Source: Opitutales bacterium
GTDB lineage: Bacteria; Verrucomicrobiota; Verrucomicrobiia; Opitutales; Coraliomargaritaceae
Direction of reading: 5' to 3'
DNA: 64,000 nucleotides
NCBI GenBank assembly: GCA_049611425.1
Contig: JBMZAN010000006.1
Location: 9,478-73,477, forward strand
Both the position numbers and the translations under genes were made by a program. Below the pieces are notes generated by a model. The model was not told the DNA's origin. It did no database searches and worked only from the letters and a program-made list of their open reading frames with translations. This document shows, piece after piece, positions 19,186 to 31,538 of the stretch (position 1 is the stretch's first letter; the number at the start of each line of letters is the position of its first letter).

Positions 19186-20979
19186 CTAAGCCTCTTCCTT
19201 CTTTGGAAGCACCGCCCTGATATGTAGATCACGCAGTTGCTTATCCGTCGCGATACCCGGACTCGCAGTCATCATTTCCTGCCCCTTCTGGTTTTTCGGG
19301 AAGGCGATAACATCACGAATACTGCTGCGACCGCCGAGAATTGTCACCATGCGGTCGAGACCAAAGGCGATACCGCCATGGGGCGGTGCACCGTATTCGA
19401 AAGCACGAAGCATGTAACCGAAGCGGCTCTCAACGACATCAGGCTCAATCTTAAGCACGTCCTCGAAGACCTTCTTCTGCACTTCCGGCTGATGAATACG
19501 GATCGAACCGCCACCCAGCTCGACACCATTGAGGACGAGGTCGTAGTGCTGGCCACGAACCTTCTTCGGATCGCTGTCGAGCAAAGGGATATCCTCATCC
19601 ACCGGGGCAGTGAATGGGTGGTGGGAAGCAACAAAGCGCCCCTGCTCCTCATCAAAGAGCATGAGTGGGAATTCAATGACCCATAGGAATTTGTAATCTT
19701 CAGGATCAATGACGAGTTTCTCGCGCTTGACGAGCAGCTGCGCCGCATCGAGACGGACACGGCCGAGGATCGTGCAAGCACGCTCCCACTCAGTTGCCGC
19801 GAAGAACACGATGTCACCGTCTTCGATGGCCAGCGTTTCTCTCAGAGCAGCCTTCTCTTCCTCAGAGAAGAACTTGAGAATCGGGGACTTCCATTCGCCG
19901 CCCTCGGACTTGATGAAAGCGAGGCCCTTCGCGCCGAGTGATTTAGCGGCTTCCTCGAGGCCGCGGAGCTCACCTTGCGTCAGGTCGGCGAGTCCCTTGA
20001 CATTGATCGCCTTAATTGCTCCACCCGAATCGAGGGCACCCTTAAAGACCTTGAAGTCGGATTGCGCAAAGATCTCACCACAATCCTGCAGTTCCATACC
20101 GAAGCGCATGTCTGGCTTGTCGACACCAAATCGATTCATCGCATCAAAGTAGCTCATGCGAAGGAAGGGTGTTTCAATATCCACACCAAGCGTGTCTTTC
20201 CAAACGCGCTTCATAAGCCCTTCGATCAGAGCATACATGTCCTCCCGGTCGATGAAGGAGAGTTCAATATCGAGTTGTGTAAATTCGGGCTGGCGATCCG
20301 CGCGAAGGTCTTCGTCGCGAAAACAGCGAGCGAGCTGGTAGTAGCGCTCGACGCCGGCAACCATCAGCATCTGCTTGTATTGTTGAGGCGATTGCGGGAG
20401 CGCGTAGAAAGCACCGGGATTCATGCGGCTCGGAACCAGAAACTCACGAGCCCCCTCAGGCGTGCTCTTGAAGAGCATTGGTGTCTCCACATCAAGAAAG
20501 CCGTTTTCGTCCATATAATTGCGAATCGACTGGCTGGTCTTATGGCGGAGCTTAAGCAATTTCAGATTCGAGCTACGACGCAGATCGAGATAACGATAGG
20601 TCATGCGAATGTCTTCGCCGGTTTTGTCCGCGCTGTCATCCATTGGGAATGGAGGGGTCTTCGATACGTTGTGTATCTTTAACACCTCCGCATGCACTTC
20701 GATGGCACCGGTCTCGAGATTCTCATTGACCGCTTCGGCAATGCGCTCCCGCACTGTTCCGGAGACCTCAATTACAGACTCGGGCTTAATTGCGCCGAAC
20801 TGCGCCTCGAGGGCAGCATTACTGGGATCGAGCACGATTTGGGTCAGGCCTTCGCGGTCGCGAAGGTCGACGAATAAAATACCGCCATGGTCGCGGACGG
20901 AATCGACCCAGCCACAAAGCGTGGCGGATGAACCAGCGTCGGACTTACGGAGTTCGGAGCAGTTGTGAGTGCGCATCAT
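19186..20979 (-). CDS. aspS: Aspartate--tRNA ligase
   Basis: MRTHNC, RDHGGILFVDLRD, YRYLDLRR, STPEGAREF, CFRDEDLRADRQPEF, GAPPHGGIAFGLDR. Confidence 0.97.
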   Translation of the reverse strand: MMRTHNCSELRKSDAGSSATLCGWVDSVRDHGGILFVDLRDREGLTQIVLDPSNAALEAQFGAIKPESVIEVSGTVRERIAEAVNENLETGAIEVHAEVLKIHNVSKTPPFPMDDSADKTGEDIRMTYRYLDLRRSSNLKLLKLRHKTSQSIRNYMDENGFLDVETPMLFKSTPEGAREFLVPSRMNPGAFYALPQSPQQYKQMLMVAGVERYYQLARCFRDEDLRADRQPEFTQLDIELSFIDREDMYALIEGLMKRVWKDTLGVDIETPFLRMSYFDAMNRFGVDKPDMRFGMELQDCGEIFAQSDFKVFKGALDSGGAIKAINVKGLADLTQGELRGLEEAAKSLGAKGLAFIKSEGGEWKSPILKFFSEEEKAALRETLAIEDGDIVFFAATEWERACTILGRVRLDAAQLLVKREKLVIDPEDYKFLWVIEFPLMLFDEEQGRFVASHHPFTAPVDEDIPLLDSDPKKVRGQHYDLVLNGVELGGGSIRIHQPEVQKKVFEDVLKIEPDVVESRFGYMLRAFEYGAPPHGGIAFGLDRMVTILGGRSSIRDVIAFPKNQKGQEMMTASPGIATDKQLRDLHIRAVLPKKEEA

Positions 20980-21096
20980 AGCAAACGCGCAAAGAAAACA
21001 GCTATATTTCCCAGAACAAGCACGAAAACGGTCCGGATTCCCGGTTCCAGCCAAGATCATTTGCATTACTGCCCATCTTCTACAAACTCTGGTCGC

Positions 21097-21540
21097 ATGA
21101 ATATCAGACGACTCATCACAGCGCTAAGCTTCCTCTGCAGTATCCACCTCGCTGATGCCCACTGCCAGATCCCGTGTGGCATTTACGGCGATCAACTCAA
21201 ACTCGATGAACTGAAACAGCACGTTGAGACCATCACCAAGGCAAGCGCTCAAATTCGAGCCATCGCGGCAAAAGAATCGCTCGAGGCAGAGGACCACCAG
21301 CAACTGGCTCGCTGGGTGAGCAATAAGGAAAGCCACGCATCAAAGATGATCGACGAGGCGGCAAACTACTTTCTCGCGCAACGCATCAAGCCCGGGCAGG
21401 ATAACTACCAAGCCAAACTCGAATCACTGCACCACATCATCCTCTACGCGATGAAGAGCAAACAGTCGTCCGGTGCGGAAGCACCGGAAATTCTGGCCGA
21501 GAAGCTGGCTACATTTCAAGCGCTCTATCTCAAGGACTAG
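21097..21540 (+). CDS. sodN: Nickel superoxide dismutase with Sec-type signal peptide
   Basis: Nickel-hook HCQIPCGIY directly after the LADA cleavage site; QQLARWVSNKESHA, NYFLAQRIK. Confidence 0.9.
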   Translation: MNIRRLITALSFLCSIHLADAHCQIPCGIYGDQLKLDELKQHVETITKASAQIRAIAAKESLEAEDHQQLARWVSNKESHASKMIDEAANYFLAQRIKPGQDNYQAKLESLHHIILYAMKSKQSSGAEAPEILAEKLATFQALYLKD

Positions 21541-21730
21541 TGCGGGGGCAGACAAATCGAGGCCACGACAGACTCGGCTCTGCCGGACATGAATCCGATC
21601 GTAAAATCCCCGGATTGCCCTGCGAAGCGCTGTGCTGTGATTTGAGCACCACCGGAAAGACCGATCGGACGGGTATCAGAGCCTCAGGGGCACATCAGCT
21701 CCACTGCAATCCTGCGTCAGTGGGCAAGGG

Positions 21731-23986
21731 CTAACTCATGTTCATCGGATCCACGTCGATCAGGTCGATCACGTCCTTATCCATTCTGAATTGCGCGCGC
21801 AGTTCACGGATCGAAGCGATCACTCGGCTCGCGCTGGGCGCAAAATACCAGAGCTGAAAGCGGTATTCATCACGGATCTTCTCGATCGGTGCCGGCGCAG
21901 GCCCGCGTATTTCGAGAGCCTCACCGAGCTCCTCCTTGAGGACTTTTAACCATTGCTCCAGGAAGAAATTGACCTTCCCGGGATTGCGTCCGCGAAAGAG
22001 GTGTCGAATGAGATGGCGGAACGGCGGATAGTTAAACTCACGCCGCTGCTCCAACTCTTCGAGCAGGAAGCCTTCGAAATCCGACTTCCGCGCAAATTGT
22101 ATGGGTGGCGCGTGTGGCGTGTGTGTTTGAATCACCACTTCCCCGGCCCGGTCCCCGCGACCGGATCGACCGGAAACCTGAACGATGAGTTGGAAGGTGC
22201 GCTCAGCTGCGCGAAAATCTTCCACATGGAGCGATCGGTCTGCATCGACCAGCCCCACTAGGGTAACGTTCGGGAAGTCGAGGCCTTTCGCGATCATCTG
22301 CGTCCCAACCAGGAGATCGATCTTGCCGACACGAAAGTCATTCAGAATCTTCCGGTAAAGATTCTTCTTCATCATGGAATCGGCATCCATACGAACGATA
22401 CGGGCCCGGGGAAGAATCTTTTGAATCACCGCTTCAATCTTCTGAGTGCCCAGGCCTTTCTTTCGAATATTCTCGGACCGGCACTCCGGGCAGCGCCGCG
22501 GCGCGTCCCGGTGCTCATCACAGAGGTGGCAATGCAAGCGCCCATCCGTCAGATGGAAAGTCATCGGAATACTGCAATGCTCACAACTGGCTACGTACCC
22601 ACAATCGGGGCACATCATACTGGTCGAATAACCACGCCGATTCAAAAAGAGGATACTTTGCTCTCTCTTCTCAAAACGATCGATAAGCTTATCGGCCAAG
22701 GTGCGCGATATCGGTGACGCGCCCTTCCCCTGCAAGGCCTCCCGCCGCATATCAACGAGATGGATCTTCGGGAGCTCACGATCATCCACACGGTTCAGGA
22801 TACGATCCACACCGTATTTCTTACGCTCTACATTGTAGAGTGATTCGAGCGAAGGTGTGGCTGAGCCGAGCACGCAAACTGCCTTGTTGATGAGCGCCCG
22901 ATAAACCGCAACATCGCGGCCATGGTAACGTGGTGCGTCCTCCTGCTTGTAGGAAGGTTCGTGCTCCTCATCGACGATCACGAGCTTCAGATTGCGCACC
23001 GGCGCGAATACAGCTGATCGCGCGCCGACTACTACGTGCGCCTCATCACAGGCCAACGCTTTCCAGGCATCATAGCGTTCGCCTTCCGAAAGATGGCTGT
23101 GCCAGACCACCGTATGCACGCCGCGCGCTTCAAGCCGTGCACGCACGCGACCAACTGTCTGGGGTGCAAGTGCCACTTCGGGCACGAGAAATATAACACC
23201 TCCGCCGGACGCGACCACCTGCTCGACCGCGTTTAAGTATACCTCAGTCTTACCGGAACCAGTGACACCGTGCAGCAGGCGTGTAGAAAAATCATTTTTT
23301 TGAATCGATGCCTGGATCGATGCGACTGCAGCAGCCTGTTCGCTGGTCAAAGCATGACGCTTCTCCTCAACGACGGCTTCGACTTCCCCGAGTTCGTCTT
23401 CGTAAGCGACGCGCTTTTCCTCGGCATCCGTTTCCCGCAGAAAGCCCTTGGCAAGCAAGGCATCGCAGGCGGAAGCGCTAATCTTCATCCGCTTGAGGAG
23501 ATCCGCTCTGGGGAGTGGCCTGAACTGCTGGCGTATAAAACGGAGCAGTTCCGCCTGTTTGGGAGCGCGCTTCTCAAGGGCTTCGAATGCTTCTGCGGTC
23601 GGCGCCTTGGCCGCCGCGATATATCGGCGAGTCTTCACTTTCATTCCTTTGCGAATGGCCGCAGGAATCATGGCTTCAAGTGTGGCCTCGGGAGTCGCTG
23701 AATAGTATTCCTTCACCCAGTGGTAGAGACGCATCAAATCGGGCGGCAGCACGGGGTAAGGTTGCACGAGCTCGTAGAGCATTTTGAGCTTCCCCGGGGG
23801 AATCGCTTGCTCCGTTCCAAAGCGAAGGACCACAGCTAATTCACTTCGCCGCCGTAGAGGTATGCGTACAAGCGAGCCCACAACGAGTTCCTGCGCACAG
23901 GTCGGTGGCACCGCATAAGCCAGCGGCGTATCAAAACCAGATAGCGCGATCACCTCGACGATGCCTGTGTCCACCTGAATCGACAC
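21731..23986 (-). CDS. priA: Primosomal protein N'
   Basis: [26 protein letters not shown], Cys-rich zinc region, [20 protein letters not shown]. Confidence 0.96.
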   Translation of the reverse strand: MSIQVDTGIVEVIALSGFDTPLAYAVPPTCAQELVVGSLVRIPLRRRSELAVVLRFGTEQAIPPGKLKMLYELVQPYPVLPPDLMRLYHWVKEYYSATPEATLEAMIPAAIRKGMKVKTRRYIAAAKAPTAEAFEALEKRAPKQAELLRFIRQQFRPLPRADLLKRMKISASACDALLAKGFLRETDAEEKRVAYEDELGEVEAVVEEKRHALTSEQAAAVASIQASIQKNDFSTRLLHGVTGSGKTEVYLNAVEQVVASGGGVIFLVPEVALAPQTVGRVRARLEARGVHTVVWHSHLSEGERYDAWKALACDEAHVVVGARSAVFAPVRNLKLVIVDEEHEPSYKQEDAPRYHGRDVAVYRALINKAVCVLGSATPSLESLYNVERKKYGVDRILNRVDDRELPKIHLVDMRREALQGKGASPISRTLADKLIDRFEKREQSILFLNRRGYSTSMMCPDCGYVASCEHCSIPMTFHLTDGRLHCHLCDEHRDAPRRCPECRSENIRKKGLGTQKIEAVIQKILPRARIVRMDADSMMKKNLYRKILNDFRVGKIDLLVGTQMIAKGLDFPNVTLVGLVDADRSLHVEDFRAAERTFQLIVQVSGRSGRGDRAGEVVIQTHTPHAPPIQFARKSDFEGFLLEELEQRREFNYPPFRHLIRHLFRGRNPGKVNFFLEQWLKVLKEELGEALEIRGPAPAPIEKIRDEYRFQLWYFAPSASRVIASIRELRAQFRMDKDVIDLIDVDPMNMS

Positions 23987-23998
23987 CCGCTTCCCCGG

Positions 23999-24361
23999 TT
24001 AGGCACTCACTTCCTCAAGAAGCTTCTTGTAAGGTGAGTAGTTCTGCAAGCAGACCAGATCAGGGTCGTGCTGCATCCAGTTGAAGTCCTTGTAACCCAG
24101 CGTGATCGCGGTGCGCAGGACCTTAAGTGCATCGGCCTTCCGGCCTTTCAGCGCGAGACTACAGGCCAGATTGTAGTGTATGGTGGGATCGTCCGGCTGC
24201 AGGCGCACCAGTTTGCGATCCATCTTCAGCCCTTCATCGATTTGGCCCGTCTTCGTGTAGAGATGCGCTAGAATGGAGACCACCCGCACATCGGAGGGCA
24301 TCCTTTTTTTCAGGCTCTCAAAGAAGCTCAGCTCGAAATCGTAGTCTTCTCGCTTGGACAT
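23999..24361 (-). CDS. Small TPR protein
   Basis: MSKREDYDFEL...HYNLACSLALKG...GYKDFNWMQHDPDL; starts 1 bp after the fur stop. Confidence 0.8.
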   Translation of the reverse strand: MSKREDYDFELSFFESLKKRMPSDVRVVSILAHLYTKTGQIDEGLKMDRKLVRLQPDDPTIHYNLACSLALKGRKADALKVLRTAITLGYKDFNWMQHDPDLVCLQNYSPYKKLLEEVSA

Positions 24362-24362
24362 G

Positions 24363-24848
24363 TCAGGCGGTCTTTCCTCCGCGTTTACACACTCCAGTAG
24401 CTTTAAATTCGGCACAACTTGCGGTGACCTGTAGGCGCTGGCTCTCGACATTGAGCGCCAACTTCTCAGCGACCGTCTTTCCATACCATTCCATGAAAGG
24501 CGCATCGATTTCAAAGATCTTATCACAGTCGAGGCAGATAACCTGCGCCTGAAAGGTCGTGGCGTTCTTATTCGCCATGTAGAACTTATAATCACGGCCG
24601 ATATCCACTTCGCGGATCAGCCCGCTCTCCGTCAGGATCGGCAGGGCGCGATAAACCGTTGCGCGTGAAACAGAGTCATCGATTTCGCGCGCCCTGTCGA
24701 GCAGGTCCTCTGCGGTAAAATGATCCGGGTGCTCGTAGGCGGCGTCAAAAATAGCCAATCGCTGATTCGTTACGCGGAGGCCCTTACTGCTCAGGAAGTC
24801 TTTGAAGGTTTCGCGGATATCACCGCTACGTGCATCTGGGGAATCCAT
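24363..24848 (-). CDS. Fur-family transcriptional regulator (atypical metal site)
   Basis: [32 protein letters not shown]. Confidence 0.88.
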   Translation of the reverse strand: MDSPDARSGDIRETFKDFLSSKGLRVTNQRLAIFDAAYEHPDHFTAEDLLDRAREIDDSVSRATVYRALPILTESGLIREVDIGRDYKFYMANKNATTFQAQVICLDCDKIFEIDAPFMEWYGKTVAEKLALNVESQRLQVTASCAEFKATGVCKRGGKTA

Positions 24849-24912
24849 ATCTCTTATTGAGACAAAATTGAGACTGATGCCGGACTGATGCAAGCCTGCT
24901 TTGAGAAAGCCG

Positions 24913-25965
24913 CTAATCTTTGGGCCAATGAATACGTTGATTATCCCGGGCCAAAGAATCACTGACCATTTCGGTAAAGGTCATGTAGCGGACACCCTGA
25001 TCGAAGTGGGTCAGCGTCACAGGCGTCCCTTCGCGGATCGAGCGAACGAAATCCGCCTCCACTTGCCAACCACGGCTCGCTTCACGGGAAAGCGTAATTT
25101 TCTTCTCCTGATCCGAGCCCGCTTCAGCAAAAAGCAGCTGTGATTGAAAGGCATCGAAACGTAATGCGCCCTTCGAGCCGTTAAGTCGAAACTCCATCCG
25201 CGCCTTGCCGGACTCCACGCCGCTAAAATGATAGACCAAACGCGCGCCGGTTTTACCAAATCGACCCAGAACACTGATACTATCGGGCACATCAACGGGC
25301 CTTGAACTGCTCTGGCCGGCATAGAAACGTTCTTTCTGAAAGATCACGCCATCGGCCAGTAGCCACTCGGGCTCATCCTCGACCCAGCGCTGCACCGTCT
25401 CATGCATGATACCCATGGAAAGAACATTCTTTCCGCTCAGCGCGGCATCCTGACGCCAGGTCATCGGTGCTTCCGGCGAGGCAGCCTGCCCGGTCGTGTG
25501 CACGACGCGCACTTCGAGCAGCCGACCGATCTTGCCACTTCGAATCATCTTCCGAATGGTGGCGTCAAAATCGAGCGAGAATGGGGCCGGCACAATCTGC
25601 GCGACCAATTCGGGGTGCGCCTGAGCAGCCGCCTGCATCCGCTTCGCTTCCTCGAGATTCATGGCCATGCGCGCTTCGCAGAGCACGTGTTTTCCATGCT
25701 CGAGGGCAGCAATCGTCGCCTCGGCATGCAGGTACGGCCAGGTCCCGATGCAGACCGCATCAACCAGAGGGTCTTTCACGACTTCCTGCCATCTGCCCGC
25801 GACGCGCTTGATGCCGTCCTTATTGGCGACCTTCTGCGCAGACTCGATACTACGGTTCGCCACCACACTCAGCTCCACATTATCGATCTTGTGGAAGCCC
25901 GGTATGTGCATCTTGCGGGTATTGGCACCCGCCCCGATAAATCCGATTCGAAGTCGACCACTCAT
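24913..25965 (-). CDS. Gfo/Idh/MocA-family oxidoreductase
   Basis: [10 protein letters not shown] Rossmann motif, [20 protein letters not shown]. Confidence 0.88.
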   Translation of the reverse strand: MSGRLRIGFIGAGANTRKMHIPGFHKIDNVELSVVANRSIESAQKVANKDGIKRVAGRWQEVVKDPLVDAVCIGTWPYLHAEATIAALEHGKHVLCEARMAMNLEEAKRMQAAAQAHPELVAQIVPAPFSLDFDATIRKMIRSGKIGRLLEVRVVHTTGQAASPEAPMTWRQDAALSGKNVLSMGIMHETVQRWVEDEPEWLLADGVIFQKERFYAGQSSSRPVDVPDSISVLGRFGKTGARLVYHFSGVESGKARMEFRLNGSKGALRFDAFQSQLLFAEAGSDQEKKITLSREASRGWQVEADFVRSIREGTPVTLTHFDQGVRYMTFTEMVSDSLARDNQRIHWPKD

Positions 25966-25969
25966 CGCA

Positions 25970-26758
25970 TTACTTCCCATCCAGCATCCGATAGACAGAT
26001 CCCAGAGCAGAGCCTTCGCCCTTCTGCTCACCACCCGAAGCTGGCGCATTGGCCAAAATTCGATCGGCAAGCCGGGAGAAAGGCAGGCTCTGCAACATGA
26101 CGTAGCCGGTACCGCTGAGCGTAGCGAGGAAAAGCCCCTCACCGCCAAAGAACATCGACTTCAGCTTCCCCGCGCGCTCGATGCTATAATCGATTCCCTC
26201 GGAAAAAGCGACGATACAGCCCGTGTCCACTCGCAGGGTTTCTCCTTCAAGTTTTTTCGTCACAACGGTACCCCCGGCATGTAGAAAAGCGCGTCCATCA
26301 CCTTCAATTTTCTGGAGAATAAAGCCTTCCCCGCCAAATAAGCCCGCACCAAAGCGACGACTGAACGCGATACTCAAGCGTGTGCCTTTGGCTGCACAAA
26401 GAAAGGCATCCTTCTGGCAAAGAATCGTGCCGTGATGTGCGCCCAGCTCCAAGGGGACGATCGAACCCGGATAAGGCGCAGCAAACGCAACGCGTTTTTT
26501 ATCAGCGCCATGATTCGTAAAATGCGTCATAAATATGGATTCGCCCGTCAGGGCGCGCTTGCCCGCACCAATAACTTTACCCAAAAAACCTTCGGCTGAA
26601 TTGGACCCGTCTCCCATCTTCGCTTCAAATTCGATACCTGACTCCATGTAGTTCATCGCACCGGCTTCCGCGATGACGGTTTCGCCGGGGTCCAGCTCGA
26701 CTTCGACCATCTGCATATCATTGCCGATAATTTCGTAATCAATTTCGTGGCTATTCAT
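25970..26758 (-). CDS. TIGR00266/AIM24-family protein
   Basis: [54 protein letters not shown]. Confidence 0.9.
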   Translation of the reverse strand: MNSHEIDYEIIGNDMQMVEVELDPGETVIAEAGAMNYMESGIEFEAKMGDGSNSAEGFLGKVIGAGKRALTGESIFMTHFTNHGADKKRVAFAAPYPGSIVPLELGAHHGTILCQKDAFLCAAKGTRLSIAFSRRFGAGLFGGEGFILQKIEGDGRAFLHAGGTVVTKKLEGETLRVDTGCIVAFSEGIDYSIERAGKLKSMFFGGEGLFLATLSGTGYVMLQSLPFSRLADRILANAPASGGEQKGEGSALGSVYRMLDGK

Positions 26759-26779
26759 CTGGGCTCCCTCCTTCGAAGC

Positions 26780-27469
26780 TTATACTCGGTTTTTCGTCTC
26801 AAGTTTTCCGAAGTGCAGAGACAGCTGCACTCGAGTCCGTGATGCAAACTCCGGATTATGCGTCACCAGGACAAGGCTCTTCCCCTCCTCCGAAGTCATC
26901 TGCAAGAGCAGCTCCATAACGGCCTCGGCGGTCGCCTCATCCAGATTACCGGTTGGCTCGTCCGCCAGTAATACCGCCGGGTCATTGATCAAGGCGCGCG
27001 CTACGGCCACGCGCTGACGCTCACCGCCGGACAATTTGGTCGAACTATGTCTCAGGCGATGGCCCATACCAACCTTGTCCAGTAGCGAGACCGCGCGCTC
27101 CTTCACACGGCTATCGATGCGCCCCCGAATCCGCGCAGCGAGCAACACATTCTCCAGAGAATTGAGCTCCGGCGCCAAGTAGTAGGACTGAAAGACAAAG
27201 CCGATACAGGACGCACGCTCCACCGCAAGCGATGCGAGAGAAAGGCCCGAGACTTCCCGCCCGGACCAATAAAGCTGGCCCGAATCTGCAGTCTCCAGCC
27301 CTGATAGGACATTCAGTAGCGTCGACTTGCCGGAGCCGGACTCACCGCGGATACTGACGCTCTCGCCCTTTGATAGAGTGAAATCAACACCATCCAAAAC
27401 AGAGATGGGTTCATCGGTCGAGAGAAAGGACTTCTTCAAGCCCTTGGCGACTATCAAGGCTTCGTTCAT
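26780..27469 (-). CDS. lolD: Lipoprotein-releasing ABC transporter ATP-binding protein LolD
   Basis: [40 protein letters not shown]; downstream of lolC/E. Confidence 0.85.
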   Translation of the reverse strand: MNEALIVAKGLKKSFLSTDEPISVLDGVDFTLSKGESVSIRGESGSGKSTLLNVLSGLETADSGQLYWSGREVSGLSLASLAVERASCIGFVFQSYYLAPELNSLENVLLAARIRGRIDSRVKERAVSLLDKVGMGHRLRHSSTKLSGGERQRVAVARALINDPAVLLADEPTGNLDEATAEAVMELLLQMTSEEGKSLVLVTHNPEFASRTRVQLSLHFGKLETKNRV

Positions 27470-27699
27470 TTGACCCGATCATGCAACAAGATGAGAACTG
27501 TGCCTGCAAGGGAAGAACCAAGGCGCACATTAAAATACGTGAATGCTGACCTGAGGTCCAGGGCTGCCCACTTCCCACTCAAGAATGCCTCAAATACAAT
27601 GAAGCTGACTACGTTTCTGAGTTCATGTATTGGAATAGTGGCAGCTGCCACAGCAACCGGCGGAAAGAGACTCAATGGTGAGAAATAAATTCGCATCAT
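27466..27699 (-). CDS. Putative small hydrophobic protein inside the lol operon
   Basis: 77 aa; fills the lolE-lolD gap, starts 5 bp after the lolE stop, ATGA overlap with lolD; lower GC than its neighbours. Confidence 0.4.
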   Translation of the reverse strand: MMRIYFSPLSLFPPVAVAAATIPIHELRNVVSFIVFEAFLSGKWAALDLRSAFTYFNVRLGSSLAGTVLILLHDRVK

Positions 27700-27704
27700 T
27701 TCGT

Positions 27705-28937
<1,233 letters not shown>

Positions 28938-29069
28938 GGTCCCCAGTTCTCGACAATCTAGAGGACGAGGCAAAGCGAAAAATCAGACTCTCGCGTAAAT
29001 AAGCGCGCTCTGTGGCAGCTTCGCCGCGCTTTCATACAAGGGCAGCAATGGGAATTTGCAGACGAAATT

Positions 29070-29513
29070 TCACTCGTGGTGATACTTCGAGCCCGTGTTG
29101 ATCGACACCGCACGATACAGCTGCTCACAGACGAGCATCCGGGCGATCTCATGGGTAAAGGTCAGCGGCGACAAGGCAAACAAAGCATCCGCCCGCTGCT
29201 TCACCGCATCACTCAGGCCATACGCGCCCCCGATCATAAAAACCGCCGGCTGCCCTTGAAGATCGCGCAGCTCACTCGCGAGTTGTGCCGAGCTCCGGGT
29301 CTTGCCCTCTTCGGCCATCGCATAGACCCGCGCCCCCCTGCGCCTTTCGAGCGCCTCCAGGATGCGTTGACCCTCACTCGCCACATCGCCGTCCTTTAGC
29401 TCGACCAGTTCGAACTGCCCCGACCGCCTTAGGCGCTTTACAAAATCATCACAAAGCGCCGCCAAAGAACGATTCTTCATTTTTCCAATAGCGATAACGG
29501 TGTAGCGATACAT
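29070..29513 (-). CDS. rlmH: 23S rRNA pseudouridine-1915 N3-methyltransferase
   Basis: IAIGK, IGGAYGL, ALSPLTFTHEIAR, EQLYRA, KYHH. Confidence 0.95.
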   Translation of the reverse strand: MYRYTVIAIGKMKNRSLAALCDDFVKRLRRSGQFELVELKDGDVASEGQRILEALERRRGARVYAMAEEGKTRSSAQLASELRDLQGQPAVFMIGGAYGLSDAVKQRADALFALSPLTFTHEIARMLVCEQLYRAVSINTGSKYHHE

Positions 29514-29752
29514 CTGTCCTGGACTGGGTTCAGCAACGGGTCGAAAGCCTATCAACAATACGGCAGCCAGACGACCTGAGACACACTCCATCTTATGCCT
29601 GAGAGCGCGCTCAGAGTCGGACACGCCGTGCCCGGATTGCGCCGCAGCGGGGAATGGGCCCGCCGTGGGGCCATGAGACGAGGTCGTGAATGCATAGTCG
29701 ATGAGGATTTACCGCAGCGGGGTCGTGCCGCACTGGATGGATCATTTCCGGC

Positions 29753-30535
29753 TCAGGCCGACAAGTCGAGAACTACCGGCCTATGGTCACTCACGTAGGC
29801 GCGTAGCACCTCGCATCGCTTCACTTTATAGCTCGGCGGGATGAAGAAGAAGTCGAGCCCGTGTGTCGGCAGTATGGAAGGAAAGGTGCCCATGTTCCCC
29901 TGCGGATAGAGTTTGTATGCACAAGCCTCCTGAAGATAACGAAAAAGATGCCGCACGGCATCGGCCGGCCGACCCTCACGGGCATTAAAATCACCGCAAA
30001 TAATCGGCGACAAATGGGGCCGATTGTCTTCCGTATAATGCTTGTCCTCGAGAAATTGAATCAGGCGCTCGATTTGTTCGATACGCCGCCGCCTCGATCG
30101 AAAATCCAGATGCAGGTTCACCACAGGGAGGATGCCATGATCGGTTTCCAGTTCCGCACGCAAAAAGCCCTTCTCCCCGAGCGAGGCCTGTCCGAAGGCC
30201 TGATGCTCCGCCCGGCGAATCGGTAACTTTGTCAGCAAGCCGTTGCCATAGGCCAATGGGAGTCGACCGCCGCGCCGGTTGTGCACCCCGAGGTAGCTCT
30301 GCTTGTAGTTCGCTTTCTCCTGCAGGTAATCGAGTAGGTGAATGCGCTTATTCCAGTGCGAATCCTCGTCCACCTCCTGAAACGCGACGACATCGGCATC
30401 AACCTCATCCAAAAGATGAACGATACGGTTTAAATTGCGCTCAATGGAGCGCGCACTGTGAAAGCCCTGATACGGAGAGAGCCCCCGCCCGTGCGCAATA
30501 TTGAGCGACATCAGGCGTAGGGTTTTTGAGCTCAT
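29753..30535 (-). CDS. Endonuclease/exonuclease/phosphatase (YbhP-like)
   Basis: SLNIAHG, ADVVAFQEVD, YGNGLL, NLHL, CGDFN, SDHRPV. Confidence 0.9.
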   Translation of the reverse strand: MSSKTLRLMSLNIAHGRGLSPYQGFHSARSIERNLNRIVHLLDEVDADVVAFQEVDEDSHWNKRIHLLDYLQEKANYKQSYLGVHNRRGGRLPLAYGNGLLTKLPIRRAEHQAFGQASLGEKGFLRAELETDHGILPVVNLHLDFRSRRRRIEQIERLIQFLEDKHYTEDNRPHLSPIICGDFNAREGRPADAVRHLFRYLQEACAYKLYPQGNMGTFPSILPTHGLDFFFIPPSYKVKRCEVLRAYVSDHRPVVLDLSA

Positions 30536-30636
30536 CTCAGACAGGATTACAGGACCAGCAAGACGCCGCGACTCCAATTCTCTACATCACGTTCATCCTG
30601 CTCAAGGCAAAGTCAGTACAGCGTGCCGTGAAAAAC

Positions 30637-31416
30637 TTACTCTGAGCCGTCTTTGACCGACTTCGCATAGAGCGAGACAGCATTAAAGAGCGCATCTGCA
30701 AATGATGCGATTGTTACGAGGATCAACTGCAGCTCCACATCGGTGAAAGCGATCTGTTCGCCCTCTTTGAATACTTTACGCCGATCCACAAGCCTAGCTT
30801 TGACCTGCTCATCTCGATTGCCACGGCTGTGCACCTTCAGGACCTTGAGTTCAAGCACAAGCTCACCGTTCTTGTCGACCTGTGGCTCTTTCACGATACC
30901 ACCTCGACGCATGAGCGCCTGCAGGCAGAAACCGAGCGATACAATTGTGTCTTCAAGCTCGCACATGACGCCATAGTCCTGCTCGAGCTTATTGAATTTT
31001 TCATCCAGCTGTGCCCGCACAAAGGCTTGTTGCGACTCTTGCGCCGCATGCTGGGCTGCGGCCGAAACATTGGTATGGGCATGGGTCGCCTTGACGAGGG
31101 CGAGGAAGAAGTGCGCGTTGTTCAGACCCGTCACCGCGAGGTTCATGGCGTCACCAATGACCTGGCGCACGAGCAGATCGCGCGCATAGGCCTGCATTTG
31201 CTCAAAGTTCTGGTGGCGTGGCGCTGCCGGCATGATCTTGGGCGCCTGCGCGTGCTGCTTGTAAGCGTCCTCCTGAACTGCCTCACGGGAGGCAAGATTG
31301 AAGGCCAACATGTCGGCGTGGCGTTGAAGCCCTGCCATAAATTGCTCGGCCATCTGTTGGAGATTAACCTGTTTTTGCTGAGCTTGCCCGTCATTCGGTT
31401 GGGATGCGTCTGTCAT
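30637..31416 (-). CDS. Hypothetical protein
   Basis: About 259 aa, mostly helical ORF with coding-like composition that fills the gap. Confidence 0.75.
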   Translation of the reverse strand: MTDASQPNDGQAQQKQVNLQQMAEQFMAGLQRHADMLAFNLASREAVQEDAYKQHAQAPKIMPAAPRHQNFEQMQAYARDLLVRQVIGDAMNLAVTGLNNAHFFLALVKATHAHTNVSAAAQHAAQESQQAFVRAQLDEKFNKLEQDYGVMCELEDTIVSLGFCLQALMRRGGIVKEPQVDKNGELVLELKVLKVHSRGNRDEQVKARLVDRRKVFKEGEQIAFTDVELQLILVTIASFADALFNAVSLYAKSVKDGSE

Positions 31417-31538
31417 CGTAAAGTTCCTGAGTACGCAACCGTGCAAATTTGGCCCTGCCCGACAACCCCGTAGTCAAAAATTCGAAAAGTATTGGCCTGT
31501 ATGCGGAAATTAAATAGCTTATTTCCAAGGCGCAAGAC

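Noticed and set aside
21541-21730. Cobalamin riboswitch-like fragments (CTGCCCCCGCA, CCACTG) and the 64-aa ORF 21540-21734
   Set aside because: The motif order is wrong, there is no downstream gene to control because the flanking genes converge, and the ORF has no coding signal
29514-29752. 240-bp gap upstream of rlmH with CCGCAGCGGGG occurring twice
   Set aside because: A short GC-rich duplication with no recognisable RNA family or convincing ORF
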